Positions 1 to 8,593 of a stretch of 57,003 bases of DNA are shown here, piece by piece. The notes beneath the pieces are model-generated. The model was not told the DNA's origin and ran no database searches. It saw only the letters and a program-made list of their open reading frames with translations. Source of the DNA: Bacteroidales bacterium (GTDB lineage Bacteria > Bacteroidota > Bacteroidia > Bacteroidales > JAIPAH01); the NCBI GenBank assembly GCA_041694335.1, contig JASMTJ010000531.1, positions 1-57,003 of the forward strand, given 5' to 3'. The number at the start of each line of letters is the position of its first letter. The stretch's first letter is position 1. Position numbers and translations under genes: made by a program.

Positions 1-170
1 CCTTGCGAAAATCGTACGTAAATCAGGTAAAAGCCCAGCAACATAATGGGCAGGCTGATGATGTTAAATGGCGTAAATATTTTTCCTTTGGGTTTTAATT
101 CCTGCAGAATAAACTTCCAGGTGTTGCCATCTTTGTTGTCGAGATAGACGGTTTGTGCTTTTGTACTCAT
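1..170 (-). CDS. NrfD/HybB/PsrC-family polytopic membrane subunit; only the N-terminal 56 codons are present because the gene runs off the left edge
   Basis: Manual minus-strand translation from the ATG at 170-168 gives MSTKAQTVYLDNKDGNTWKFILQELKPKGKIFTPFNIISLPIMLLGFYLIYVRFSQ. ATGA start/stop overlap with the upstream FeS gene at 167-170. The first hydrophobic helix is visible. Absent from the ORF track because it is open-ended. Confidence 0.55.
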   Translation of the reverse strand, partial: MSTKAQTVYLDNKDGNTWKFILQELKPKGKIFTPFNIISLPIMLLGFYLIYVRFSQ

Positions 171-1024
171 GACGCTTCCTCCTCTTTTTTAATGGATTTT
201 GTTGCTGCATGAATACCCAGCAGTGCCCCTGGCAGCAGAATATCAACAGGTGCAATGGATCCGATAAACCCTTTGGTTAGTGCCGGGAAGGATTTTTTCT
301 GGATTTTAGTGTTCAGTCCGAGCTCATCCATGGGCACGGCGGCCAGGTAAAGCCACCCGGTACCACCAGCTTCATGCTCCCCGTAAATATGGTCGTAATA
401 GTATTCCGGGTTTTCGTGGATACGTTTCCGTGCCTCGGCAATCAACTCACGGCGTGTTCCAAAGGTAATGGCTCCCATCGGACAATTGTCCGTGCAGGCA
501 GGCTGCTTCCCGTCAACAACCCTTTCAGCACACATCGTGCATTTGGTGATTTTTGGGTTGGTACTCCCGTATTCGAACTTAGGTGCATCAAACGGACAGC
601 TGATCATGCAGTAGCGGCAGCCCATACATTTGTCTCCGCGCCAGATAACCGGCCCTTTTTTGGTTTTGTACATAGCCTGCGTCAGGCATGCCGTGCCACA
701 GGCAGGTTGGTTGCAGTGCATGCATTGTGTTTTCATGTAATACTCGCCGTCTGATGTCTCATAAAGGTTTACCACAGTGCGGTGCTTGTCGTCTGCCGTT
801 CTGACCACACCTGGTTCCGGTCCGTCTTTCGGATCCTCCAGGCCGTGCTCTTCGGCACAAGAGAATTCACAATTCTGGCAACCGATACACAAAGTAGAGT
901 CGTAAAGCATACCGTAAAATTCGGTTTCTTCCTCCCGGGCCGGACTTGCGGTGCTTTTACCAAAGGTGAGTGCAGCACCGGCTACCCCCAGGGTCTTCAT
1001 AAAATCTCGTCGGTTTAATCCCAT
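167..1024 (-). CDS. Tat-exported 4x[4Fe-4S] ferredoxin-type subunit (HybA/NrfC/PsrB/DmsB family) with a C-terminal hydrophobic anchor
   Basis: Twin-arginine signal MGLNRRDFMKTLGVAGAALTFG. Four Cys clusters: CIGCQNCEFSC, CMHCNQPACGTAC, CMGCRYCMISCP, CTMCAERVVDGKQPACTDNCP. C-terminal helix IAPVDILLPGALLGIHAA. Confidence 0.85.
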   Translation of the reverse strand: MGLNRRDFMKTLGVAGAALTFGKSTASPAREEETEFYGMLYDSTLCIGCQNCEFSCAEEHGLEDPKDGPEPGVVRTADDKHRTVVNLYETSDGEYYMKTQCMHCNQPACGTACLTQAMYKTKKGPVIWRGDKCMGCRYCMISCPFDAPKFEYGSTNPKITKCTMCAERVVDGKQPACTDNCPMGAITFGTRRELIAEARKRIHENPEYYYDHIYGEHEAGGTGWLYLAAVPMDELGLNTKIQKKSFPALTKGFIGSIAPVDILLPGALLGIHAATKSIKKEEEAS

Positions 1025-1043
1025 AATATGTTTTGTTAGTGGT

Positions 1044-2678
1044 TTATTTTTTATCTAAGAAATTGATCTGAAACTCTTCCCATACTTGTGGCGAAAGATC
1101 TTTAAGCACATACTGCCTGATGGCTCCACCATCCTGAAGCACGGTGTTATTTTGTGCTTCCTGAATGTTGACAGAATAAGCGAGAAAATCTTTCAACCTC
1201 GAAAATTCTGCTTTAATCCATTCATGATATTCTGAAGCCAGTTTCAGAAACGGAATCTCTTGTCTCCAGTTCTCTGGTGAAATCATATACATCCATCCTT
1301 GGTCAAAAGGTGATTGGTTTACTAATCCGGCATCCATTGCCAAATGGGTATTCAGTGAATGAATGGTTCCGCTTACCGGTGCTTTTACTGTTATTCTTTT
1401 TCCGTTTTGGATAAGTGTGGCTATGGCTTCTCCTTTCATAACTTTATCTCCTTCCTGCTTCAGGTTGATTTTGGTTACCGGACCCGTGACTTTCTGAAGA
1501 AAATCATCGATACCCATGCGCAGCAACCCGTTTTTTTCAAGGAAAGTCCAGGTATGTGACTTGTCGAAATACACGCCTTCCGGAATTTCGATGCTATCCT
1601 CATCCAGGACAGCATCCGTGTTGTAAGATTCTTCAGTAAGGCCGGGGGTTTCTTTTTTGACAAAACCGAATATGAGGTTTGCCAGTATTCCGGTGGCGAT
1701 AATTATTCCGGCAATTATCAGAACAATCAATCCCCAGGAAGCCTCGTCAGAATCGGCGCTTTCAGGAATTAGATATGGCTCTTTCAGATGCTGAATTTGC
1801 TTGCTTCTCTCGCTGTATGCTAAAGTACTGTAGCCTTGCGATGAAAGGTTGTCCTGCCCGTTGGTGAGCAAAAAGCTGATGAATGCTTCTGCTTTGGCCG
1901 ATTCAGGTTTCTGTGTTGCCGTCAGAAAGATATTTTCACATAGCTCTTTCGGATACTTGCCTATCCATACCCCTCGTGTGAAGGAAGCCACATCCCCGTA
2001 AAAATTCTCCATATGGTCAAGGCGGCCATTGTTATTACGGTCAATCGGCAGAAAGGCCACTCCTTGCTTAAGCGAATTGTTGTCGTTGCGGATAACTGAT
2101 TTCAAGGGAAGAAAAGCGATGATGTTTTTTTCCTTTTTCAGGATATCAAGAGCTTTGTCTTCAGATGTGTAAGTTAGGTGTTGTTGATGTTTCAGGTTGA
2201 CATCAAAGCAGTTTTCCAGCTTGCTCTTGCCTGACTGATTATCAGGAAGAAGCAGCTTGATAGTCTTTCCTTCGCTGGTGGTAAGTGTTTTTTTGGATTG
2301 CAGCATTTCGGAAAGCGTCTTAGATGAAATCCCGTTTTTGTTGAGTTCGCTTTTGAAATTGCTGTTCACAACCGGAACTAAAACTTTCCGGCAGAGCGTA
2401 ATACTCCATTCGCTACCACCGGAAGTCCCGGAAGATATTTTTCCAATAAGTTTTTCTTGCGGAACTGCAGCCCCTCCTTCAGGAACAACTGTTATTTCGT
2501 TGCCCGGATGGCCCTTCGAAAACTCTTTAGCCCAGGTTCTGGCCAGGTCGTAAACCTCAGCAGTGGCTTCAACAGTCATATCTGCTTCTACCTCCACTTG
2601 TTTTTGAGCTTGTGGCGAAAATGAACTAAAAAAGAAAACGAGCAGTAATGTTTTAAAAATGATTTGATGCGTTTTCAT
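1044..2678 (-). CDS. Signal peptide + periplasmic PBP (PstS-like) domain + one TM helix + C-terminal GcvH-like (lipoyl-domain fold) protein, 544 aa
   Basis: The track ORF 1044..2972 is trimmed to the internal ATG at 2678, where a signal peptide starts (MKTHQIIFKTLLLVFFFSSFSPQAQ). TM helix WGLIVLIIAGIIIATGILANLIFGFV. The C-terminal stretch GIDDFLQKVTGPV...ITVKAPVSG has the same 49-residue spacing as E. coli GcvH GITEHAQELLGD...IYAPVSG. Confidence 0.6.
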   Translation of the reverse strand: MKTHQIIFKTLLLVFFFSSFSPQAQKQVEVEADMTVEATAEVYDLARTWAKEFSKGHPGNEITVVPEGGAAVPQEKLIGKISSGTSGGSEWSITLCRKVLVPVVNSNFKSELNKNGISSKTLSEMLQSKKTLTTSEGKTIKLLLPDNQSGKSKLENCFDVNLKHQQHLTYTSEDKALDILKKEKNIIAFLPLKSVIRNDNNSLKQGVAFLPIDRNNNGRLDHMENFYGDVASFTRGVWIGKYPKELCENIFLTATQKPESAKAEAFISFLLTNGQDNLSSQGYSTLAYSERSKQIQHLKEPYLIPESADSDEASWGLIVLIIAGIIIATGILANLIFGFVKKETPGLTEESYNTDAVLDEDSIEIPEGVYFDKSHTWTFLEKNGLLRMGIDDFLQKVTGPVTKINLKQEGDKVMKGEAIATLIQNGKRITVKAPVSGTIHSLNTHLAMDAGLVNQSPFDQGWMYMISPENWRQEIPFLKLASEYHEWIKAEFSRLKDFLAYSVNIQEAQNNTVLQDGGAIRQYVLKDLSPQVWEEFQINFLDKK

Positions 2679-2760
2679 AATTTGTTTGTTTTTTGTTTGC
2701 CTTGTAAAATCCATTAAAACAGAGCGATAGCACAAGACTGACTTTTTTCTTTCTACTATG

Positions 2761-2776
2761 TCAATTAAAGTGCCAT
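2761..2776 (-). promoter_or_regulatory. Sigma-54-like -24/-12 element TGGCAC-N5-TTGA upstream of the PBP/GcvH-like gene
   Basis: The minus strand reads CATGGCACTTTAATTGACAT, about 83 nt upstream of the ATG at 2678. The -24 half is perfect. The -12 half has GA instead of the canonical GC. Confidence 0.35.
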
Positions 2777-2849
2777 GTTTTAAGCAGGCCGCAATAAACA
2801 GAAAAACAGTAACATAAGGGTGTTTTAGGTATATTTTGAAGAATTTAAA

Positions 2850-2951
2850 GTGTTGAATAATTACACACTTGAAATCCAGAAAAAATGGAAACGTCACTAA
2901 ATCAGAGGAGTTATGGAAAGTGTGTGAAAATACTACAGGTGTTGAATAATT
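2850..2951. repeat. Two exact copies of the 13-mer GTGTTGAATAATT, at 2850-2862 and 2939-2951
   Basis: Direct reading. The first copy is part of the inverted repeat GTGT-N9-ACAC. The copies lie about 75 and 165 bp upstream of the sigma-54-like element on the minus strand. Confidence 0.7.
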
Positions 2952-3030
2952 CAGCAATTTCTGAAGAGACAATAAAATTACCAGTGGAAAAAGATGAGAA
3001 ATTTAACAAAATGGAAAATAATTACGAAAA

Positions 3031-3064
3031 TAAAAAACCCGGCTGAGAGAATCCAACCGGGTTT
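3031..3064 (-). terminator. Rho-independent terminator after the S46 peptidase gene
   Basis: The stem AACCCGG...CCGGGTT is followed on the minus strand by a T-run (GGGTTTTTTATTTT), 26 nt after the stop at 3090. Confidence 0.7.
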
Positions 3065-3089
3065 TGAGTTTTATAAAAGATGAATGGAA

Positions 3090-5321
3090 TTACATCTCCT
3101 GACTTTGTTTCTTCATTTTCTTTTCCTTGTCCATTTCAACCGCAGGCAAAGGATGCTTCGCCTCCACAATGTTCAGCTCTTCGAGTAAGTTGTGAGCTTC
3201 GGCGAACTTGTGAACGATGAAAAGAACGTAACGGATATCTACTGAGATGGTACGTTGCAGCTCAGGCTCAAAAGCGATATCGCCACTCATGGCTTCCCAG
3301 TTTCCGTCGAAAGCCACACCAATGAGGTGTCCTTTGCCATTTAGTACCGGACTTCCGGAATTACCTCCGGTAATGTCGTTATTGCTAAGGAAGCACACGC
3401 GCATGCTGCCATCTTCTGCTGCATAGCGTCCATAATCTTTATCCTCGTACAGCTCTTTCAGTTTTTCATGAACCACGAATTCCGGGTCATTCGGATCCTC
3501 TTTGTCCATCACACCTTCAAGAGTGGTGTAATGCTCGTAGTAAACCGCATCTCTTGGTTCGTACCCGCCTACTTCGCCGTAAGTGAGGCGCATGGTAAAG
3601 TTTGCATCCGGATAGTAGGCTTTATCAGGATTCATTTTCCGGAGAGCCTGCAGGAACAAGCGCTTGTTTTTGCCCAGCTTCGACTGAATCGCAGAAGTCT
3701 CCGCACGCATTTGCATCATACTTCCCTGGAATCCGTTGATGAGCTCAGGAGCCATATCCTTTTCAAAATATTTGGCTTTTGGCTTTTCCAGGAACTCATT
3801 AAAGTTTTCTTTCGAAGCAAAAATGGAAGTTTCGAATAACTCATCAACATAGGCTTCAAAATCAGTGTCGTAATCCGCGATGATGGTTTTATAAACATCA
3901 GGCAAATCAGATAACGGTACATTATTATATAGTGTTTCTAAAATCGCCTGAAGGATATCTTTCTCAGTTTCCACATCGTAGTCTTCGAAGTGTGCTTCTG
4001 CTTTTGCTTCGAATTTTTTAAGCTCTTCCTGGATTTCCTCATCCGATTTATCAGATTTTACGAGGCTGCCAATGCCCTGGTTTTGCATTGCAAACTGAAC
4101 CATTGACGAGGCGTAGCTTGAAAGTCCGAAGAACCACTGCTTCGACAGAGCTTTCTTTTCAGTAAGCTTGGAATAAGCATCTTCATAGCCTTTCATCAGG
4201 TCGCCATATTTTTCTTTACGATCCGAATCCTGGTTGACCCACTGCATGAGCTTGTCTTCAATCATACGCTTTTTGTCGTATACTTTCAGCTTTTTCAGCC
4301 CCCGTGATTCTCCTTTTTTGTTTTTCCAAACGTTAGAGATTCCGGCATACTTGTCGGCATAAGCAATACGTACGGCATCCGAACGGTCCATGTTTTTCTT
4401 CATGGCATCAAGGATAGCGCGTCCAATTTCGTTTATCGCCGGATTAATTTCGTTAAGAGTGGCTTTGATTCCGTAGCTGGTACGGTAGCGATCGGTGCTT
4501 CCGGGGTAACCCCAAATCATGGCAAAATCGCCTTCTTCAACGCCTTCAAGCGAGAGCGGAAGAGCGTATTCTGTCTCCAGGGGAACATTGTCTTCTGAAA
4601 AATCGGCAGGGTTTCCGTCTTTATCAGAGTAAACGCGGAACATGGAGAAGTCGCCGGTGTGGCGTGGCCACATCCAGTTATCGGTGTCACCACCAAATTT
4701 TCCGATAGATGATGGAGGAGCACCTACCAGGCGAACATCACGGTATACCTTATAAACGAAGAGGTAGTACTCGTTGCCGTTGTAGAAACTTTTTACTGAA
4801 GCAACATATTTACCATCTTCTTCAGCTTCTTCGATAATTGGCTTTTTGGCTTCCGAAATGGCCTTGGCACGTTCCTGCTCGTTCATCTCATCAGTCACTT
4901 CTTTTAAAACTTTCTTTGTTACGTCATCCATCCTGACAAAGAAAGTAGCGGTCAGCCCTTCGTTTGACAGCTCTTCTTCGAAGCTGCGTGCCCAAAAACC
5001 GTCGGTCAGGTAATCATGCTCCACCGTGGAGTGGTCCTGGATGGCGCCATAACCACAGTGGTGGTTGGTAAGCAGCAGCCCTTTGTGAGAAATCACCTCG
5101 GCAGTACAGAAGTTACCAAAGTTAACGATGGCATCTTTCAGGCTGGAATTGTTAATACTGTATATCTCTTCGGGAGTGAGCTGAAGGCCCATCTCTTTCA
5201 TCTCCTGATAATTCATGTCTTTTACAAACATGGGGAGCCACATCCCCTCGTCGGGAACAAACTTCGCAAATGAAGTGCTTGCGAATATTAAGAATAAGAA
5301 TCCAATGATCAACTTTCTCAT
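3090..5321 (-). CDS. S46 family serine dipeptidyl-peptidase (DPP7/DPP11-like), secreted
   Basis: Start trimmed to MRKLIIGFLFLIFASTSFAKFVPDEGMWLP (signal peptide plus the family-typical DEGMWLP). Catalytic-Ser motif TGGNSGSPVLN and His motif LLLTNHHCGY. 743 aa. Confidence 0.85.
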   Translation of the reverse strand: MRKLIIGFLFLIFASTSFAKFVPDEGMWLPMFVKDMNYQEMKEMGLQLTPEEIYSINNSSLKDAIVNFGNFCTAEVISHKGLLLTNHHCGYGAIQDHSTVEHDYLTDGFWARSFEEELSNEGLTATFFVRMDDVTKKVLKEVTDEMNEQERAKAISEAKKPIIEEAEEDGKYVASVKSFYNGNEYYLFVYKVYRDVRLVGAPPSSIGKFGGDTDNWMWPRHTGDFSMFRVYSDKDGNPADFSEDNVPLETEYALPLSLEGVEEGDFAMIWGYPGSTDRYRTSYGIKATLNEINPAINEIGRAILDAMKKNMDRSDAVRIAYADKYAGISNVWKNKKGESRGLKKLKVYDKKRMIEDKLMQWVNQDSDRKEKYGDLMKGYEDAYSKLTEKKALSKQWFFGLSSYASSMVQFAMQNQGIGSLVKSDKSDEEIQEELKKFEAKAEAHFEDYDVETEKDILQAILETLYNNVPLSDLPDVYKTIIADYDTDFEAYVDELFETSIFASKENFNEFLEKPKAKYFEKDMAPELINGFQGSMMQMRAETSAIQSKLGKNKRLFLQALRKMNPDKAYYPDANFTMRLTYGEVGGYEPRDAVYYEHYTTLEGVMDKEDPNDPEFVVHEKLKELYEDKDYGRYAAEDGSMRVCFLSNNDITGGNSGSPVLNGKGHLIGVAFDGNWEAMSGDIAFEPELQRTISVDIRYVLFIVHKFAEAHNLLEELNIVEAKHPLPAVEMDKEKKMKKQSQEM

Positions 5322-5352
5322 AAATCTATTTATTAAATGAATAATGACGGTC

Positions 5353-5402
5353 AAAAAAATGCCATTCCTCAAATCTTGAGACCTCATTAAAGAATGGCAT
5401 TT
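5353..5402 (-). terminator. Rho-independent terminator after the M49-like peptidase gene
   Basis: An 11-bp stem AAATGCCATTC...GAATGGCATTT is followed by T7 on the minus strand, 26 nt after the stop at 5428. Confidence 0.7.
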
Positions 5403-5427
5403 CCAGACCCTAAATAATTTCCTGTTT

Positions 5428-7125
5428 TTATAATCCAATATTTTCAGGGCCCTGGTTGAAAATTACATCCACCGGGATGCCTGAGTTGTTTAATCTGTCC
5501 AAATCTGCCTGCAGCTGAGGGGTAATCATTCCTTTTTCTTTTACCCATTTGCTGGCCGCTTCATAATTTCCGTCACCCTGCATGTACATTATCTTTTGCA
5601 GCAGGCTAACCATTGTTTCATGCATCTTGTCAAAATTGACAGTGTAAGTACCATCGTCGTTGCGTGTAAATGCTCCTTTTTCCTGGAAGTACTGGAAGCG
5701 CATCATATTGGCTTTGCCATGTGCGCTGGCAGCACCAAAACGGCTTGAGCGGAAAATGCTGGCGAAGAACGTTACGTAGTTGTCTTTCAGTTCTCCTTCG
5801 GTAAGTTCGCCCTGCTCATAAAGCTTGGTTACGAGGAAAAGTCCCATAATATCCGCTTTTCCTTCTTCAATGGTAGAGTAGGTTTCTTTCAGTGCTTCAC
5901 GTGCTGTGCCTTTTCCGTTGATAGTTTGCTTAATTCCCATGGCATGGCCTACTTCGTGGAACATTGTGTTCTCGAAGAAAGCAGTGAAGGTAACATACTC
6001 ACGTTGCTCAGGATCAATCAGCATCTCAGAGATCGGGATCAGGATTTTTTCAAATTTTGCCCTCATGGAGTTCTTCAGCATTAGCTTACGCGATCCATAT
6101 TTAATATGTACTTCTTCTGCGTTCGGAAGGTTGATGGCAATGGTTTTGCTTCCGGCATCGCAATCACCTGCATAATAAACCGCGTCATAGGCATTCATGT
6201 CCGACTTTGTTCCCGGAACTTCTTTCTTATACTCCTCTTCCACGGGCAGGGCCTGCTGCAGGTCGGGAAGCATCTGTGAGAATTTTGCTAAGCGCTTGCT
6301 CCATACCGGGTCCTTTATCAGGATAAAAGATTCGAATGCCGCTTTGGTTCCGAAAAGCTGGTCTTCGTAGTTCTCAATCGGGCCCACCACAAAATCAATA
6401 TTAGCATCTTTCATCTCCATCCACGCAAAGTCACTCTCAAGATATTCTGAAGAGAGCAGTGCTTCGGCACGCAGGTTGAGATATTTTTTCAGCTCCGGAT
6501 TTTTGATGATGCCGGCGGCTTCTTTCAACAGGTCGGAAGCTTTTTTCAGCTCCGTAGCGTAGGCTTCGTGATACCACACACTTTTGAGTTTGCCAGCATC
6601 ATCGCGGCGAATAAGCGTGTAAAGGCTGTTTTTATCAGGATTGTCCCAATTCTCAAATTCTTCCCTGGTCATATCGGTAGGGTAGAAGTTGGCGCCCGCC
6701 GGCTTGGGGCCAATTTCCTTAAAGAAAGGCTTGTTGTTGTTCAGCCTGTCCCATGGTCCGTAATTGATTTTTGCAAATTTTTTGGCTTCGGCATCTTTTA
6801 TCTGGCTCATGAATGGCTCTTTTCCACCAATGGTTTGTTCCCAGAAAAGCGATCTCATGATATCGGCAGCCTCGAAAAGCAGCGGCAAAGCTTTCTTTTC
6901 TTCAGCCGTAAGGTGATCGATGTTCGAGGTGAGCTTGAACTCTGCAAAGATATCCAGGCGTTTGCTCACGTCATCGGTGGGTGTCAGTTCTGTACCCTCA
7001 GGGATAAGACCTGTGCGTTCTTCTTCCAGTTGTTCGGCAGTTTTTTGCTCACTGCATGATGCAAAAATGGCCACAGCCATTAAGGCGGTAAAAATTTTAA
7101 ATAGGTTTTTGTAAATCGTTTTCAT
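5428..7125 (-). CDS. Lipoprotein Zn-metallopeptidase, DPP III (M49)-related family
   Basis: Lipobox AIFASCSEQ. Zinc motif FHEVGHAMG plus a second acidic motif IEEGKADIMG resembling the M49 EEXRAE/D motif. 565 aa. Family assignment is from memory of similar Bacteroidota proteins. Confidence 0.6.
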   Translation of the reverse strand: MKTIYKNLFKIFTALMAVAIFASCSEQKTAEQLEEERTGLIPEGTELTPTDDVSKRLDIFAEFKLTSNIDHLTAEEKKALPLLFEAADIMRSLFWEQTIGGKEPFMSQIKDAEAKKFAKINYGPWDRLNNNKPFFKEIGPKPAGANFYPTDMTREEFENWDNPDKNSLYTLIRRDDAGKLKSVWYHEAYATELKKASDLLKEAAGIIKNPELKKYLNLRAEALLSSEYLESDFAWMEMKDANIDFVVGPIENYEDQLFGTKAAFESFILIKDPVWSKRLAKFSQMLPDLQQALPVEEEYKKEVPGTKSDMNAYDAVYYAGDCDAGSKTIAINLPNAEEVHIKYGSRKLMLKNSMRAKFEKILIPISEMLIDPEQREYVTFTAFFENTMFHEVGHAMGIKQTINGKGTAREALKETYSTIEEGKADIMGLFLVTKLYEQGELTEGELKDNYVTFFASIFRSSRFGAASAHGKANMMRFQYFQEKGAFTRNDDGTYTVNFDKMHETMVSLLQKIMYMQGDGNYEAASKWVKEKGMITPQLQADLDRLNNSGIPVDVIFNQGPENIGL

Positions 7126-7291
7126 CTGTTTTTTTTATTCGGTGGCAGCATTGATGCGGGAATCGTGATGATTTAGTCTCTGACAAACCCCACTGTTACT
7201 ACCTGTTTTATGTATTGATTTTATCGTGACGAAAATATAAAATTTCTTTCGTTTAAGGCCTATCTCAAACGTTTGCATGCACATATTTCCG

Positions 7292-8560
7292 CTACTCATC
7301 GCGCAAAGCGTCAATGGGTTTTATCCTTACCGCTTTCCTGGCCGGAATAATACCCGCAAAAACTCCTGAAACCACCAAAATTCCGAGCGCCAGCATCGCG
7401 ATACTAAAATCAATCTCCGGATTTCTAAATGAATTGCTGTCGCCGCCCTGCATGGTCAGGCCGTAGTTGACCGCTTCAATAATGGCCACCCCAATCACCA
7501 GCCCGGTGTATCCTGCCAAAGTGGTTAAGACTACCGATTCGGTAATAATCTGTTTCATCACTTTAAGGGGCGTGGCCCCGATGGCCCGCTGCACACCTAT
7601 TTCCTGGGTGCGTTCTTTTACAATCACCAGCATGATGTTGCTGATACCAATCACGCCCGCCATCAAAGTGCCGGTTCCCACAATCCATATGAGCAGGTCA
7701 ATGCCGGTAAACAATCCGCTGATTTGATCGAACTGCTGCCCGAGGTTGAAATACCCGAACGCCTCGCGGTCTTCGGGGTGAATGGTGTGGCGACGTGCCA
7801 GCACATCCAGAATTTTATCTTCGACAGAAGCCACGGGCACCCCGTCTTCGGCTGTAACGGCAAACCAATGTACGGCATCGCCATAGTTATATACCTGCTG
7901 CATGGTGGTATAAGGTATAAAAATCGACTGGCTTTTATCACCACCGAAATTCATGTTCTCGTTAAGAGGTTTAAATACGCCCACTACCTGGAAGTAGACT
8001 CCCTGAATGCGGATATATTGCCCTAAGGGATCTTCGCCGGGATTAAAAAGAACACGTTCCACCTGGTCGCCAATCACGGCTGTTTTCCTGTTGTCTTTCA
8101 CGTCGAGGTCGTTCAGGAAGCGCCCTTTAAAAACATCGGCGGGGTCAATCTTGTTCCATACCGGAGCATCGCCGTAAATGCTGAACGAACCGGACTCCAG
8201 TCCGCGAACGACATTGGGGTTATTGCCCTGGGAAGCTCCGCCCTGAAGGCGGGGAGCCAGGTATTTGATTTCAGGAACAGCTTCCCGGAGCGCATCCACG
8301 TCACGGTTATCGAAAATATATCGTCTGCCTTCTTTGTATCCTTTGTAGGCCTTTGTGGTGGGTTGGGTCCAGACAAACATGCTGTTGGTGGCAAAGTCAC
8401 CCATCCCGGCCATCACGCCATTTTGAAGCCCTTTGCCCGAGCCGACCATGATAATCAGCATGAAAATGCCCCAGAAAACACCGAACGCAGTGAAAAATGT
8501 CCGTAGTTTATTCTTTTTCAGCGTGCTGAAAACTTCTTTCCAGTGATCTAAGTCAAACAT
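7292..8560 (-). CDS. ABC transporter permease, MacB/FtsX family (periplasmic core domain + FtsX)
   Basis: N-terminus MFDLDHWKEVFSTLKKNKLRTFFTAFGVFWGIFMLI and C-terminus RKAVRIKPIDALRDE are typical of MacB_PCD/FtsX permeases. Paralog of the next gene. Confidence 0.85.
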   Translation of the reverse strand: MFDLDHWKEVFSTLKKNKLRTFFTAFGVFWGIFMLIIMVGSGKGLQNGVMAGMGDFATNSMFVWTQPTTKAYKGYKEGRRYIFDNRDVDALREAVPEIKYLAPRLQGGASQGNNPNVVRGLESGSFSIYGDAPVWNKIDPADVFKGRFLNDLDVKDNRKTAVIGDQVERVLFNPGEDPLGQYIRIQGVYFQVVGVFKPLNENMNFGGDKSQSIFIPYTTMQQVYNYGDAVHWFAVTAEDGVPVASVEDKILDVLARRHTIHPEDREAFGYFNLGQQFDQISGLFTGIDLLIWIVGTGTLMAGVIGISNIMLVIVKERTQEIGVQRAIGATPLKVMKQIITESVVLTTLAGYTGLVIGVAIIEAVNYGLTMQGGDSNSFRNPEIDFSIAMLALGILVVSGVFAGIIPARKAVRIKPIDALRDE

Positions 8561-8593
8561 ATTTTTTATTCCCTTTAATAGTGTGAATCGGCA

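Noticed and set aside
64-255. 63-aa ORF on the minus strand
   Set aside because: It straddles the stop of the FeS gene and the start of the NrfD-like gene in a different frame. Its composition is basic and low-complexity. The NrfD-like frame starting at 170 explains this DNA better.
2679-2972. 98-codon N-terminal extension of the track ORF 1044..2972
   Set aside because: The extension has no signal peptide or domain and is AT-rich and Phe/Lys-rich. It covers the promoter-like and repeat elements. A textbook signal peptide begins at the internal Met (2678).
5322-5438. 39-codon N-terminal extension of the S46 peptidase ORF, overlapping the upstream gene's stop
   Set aside because: The extension runs through the terminator hairpin of the upstream gene. 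The internal Met at 5321 is followed by a signal peptide and the family-typical DEGMWLP.
7143-7157. TGGCAGCATTGATGC on the plus strand (sigma-54-like spacing)
   Set aside because: It points towards the 3' end of a minus-strand permease gene, so there is no plus-strand gene for it to drive.
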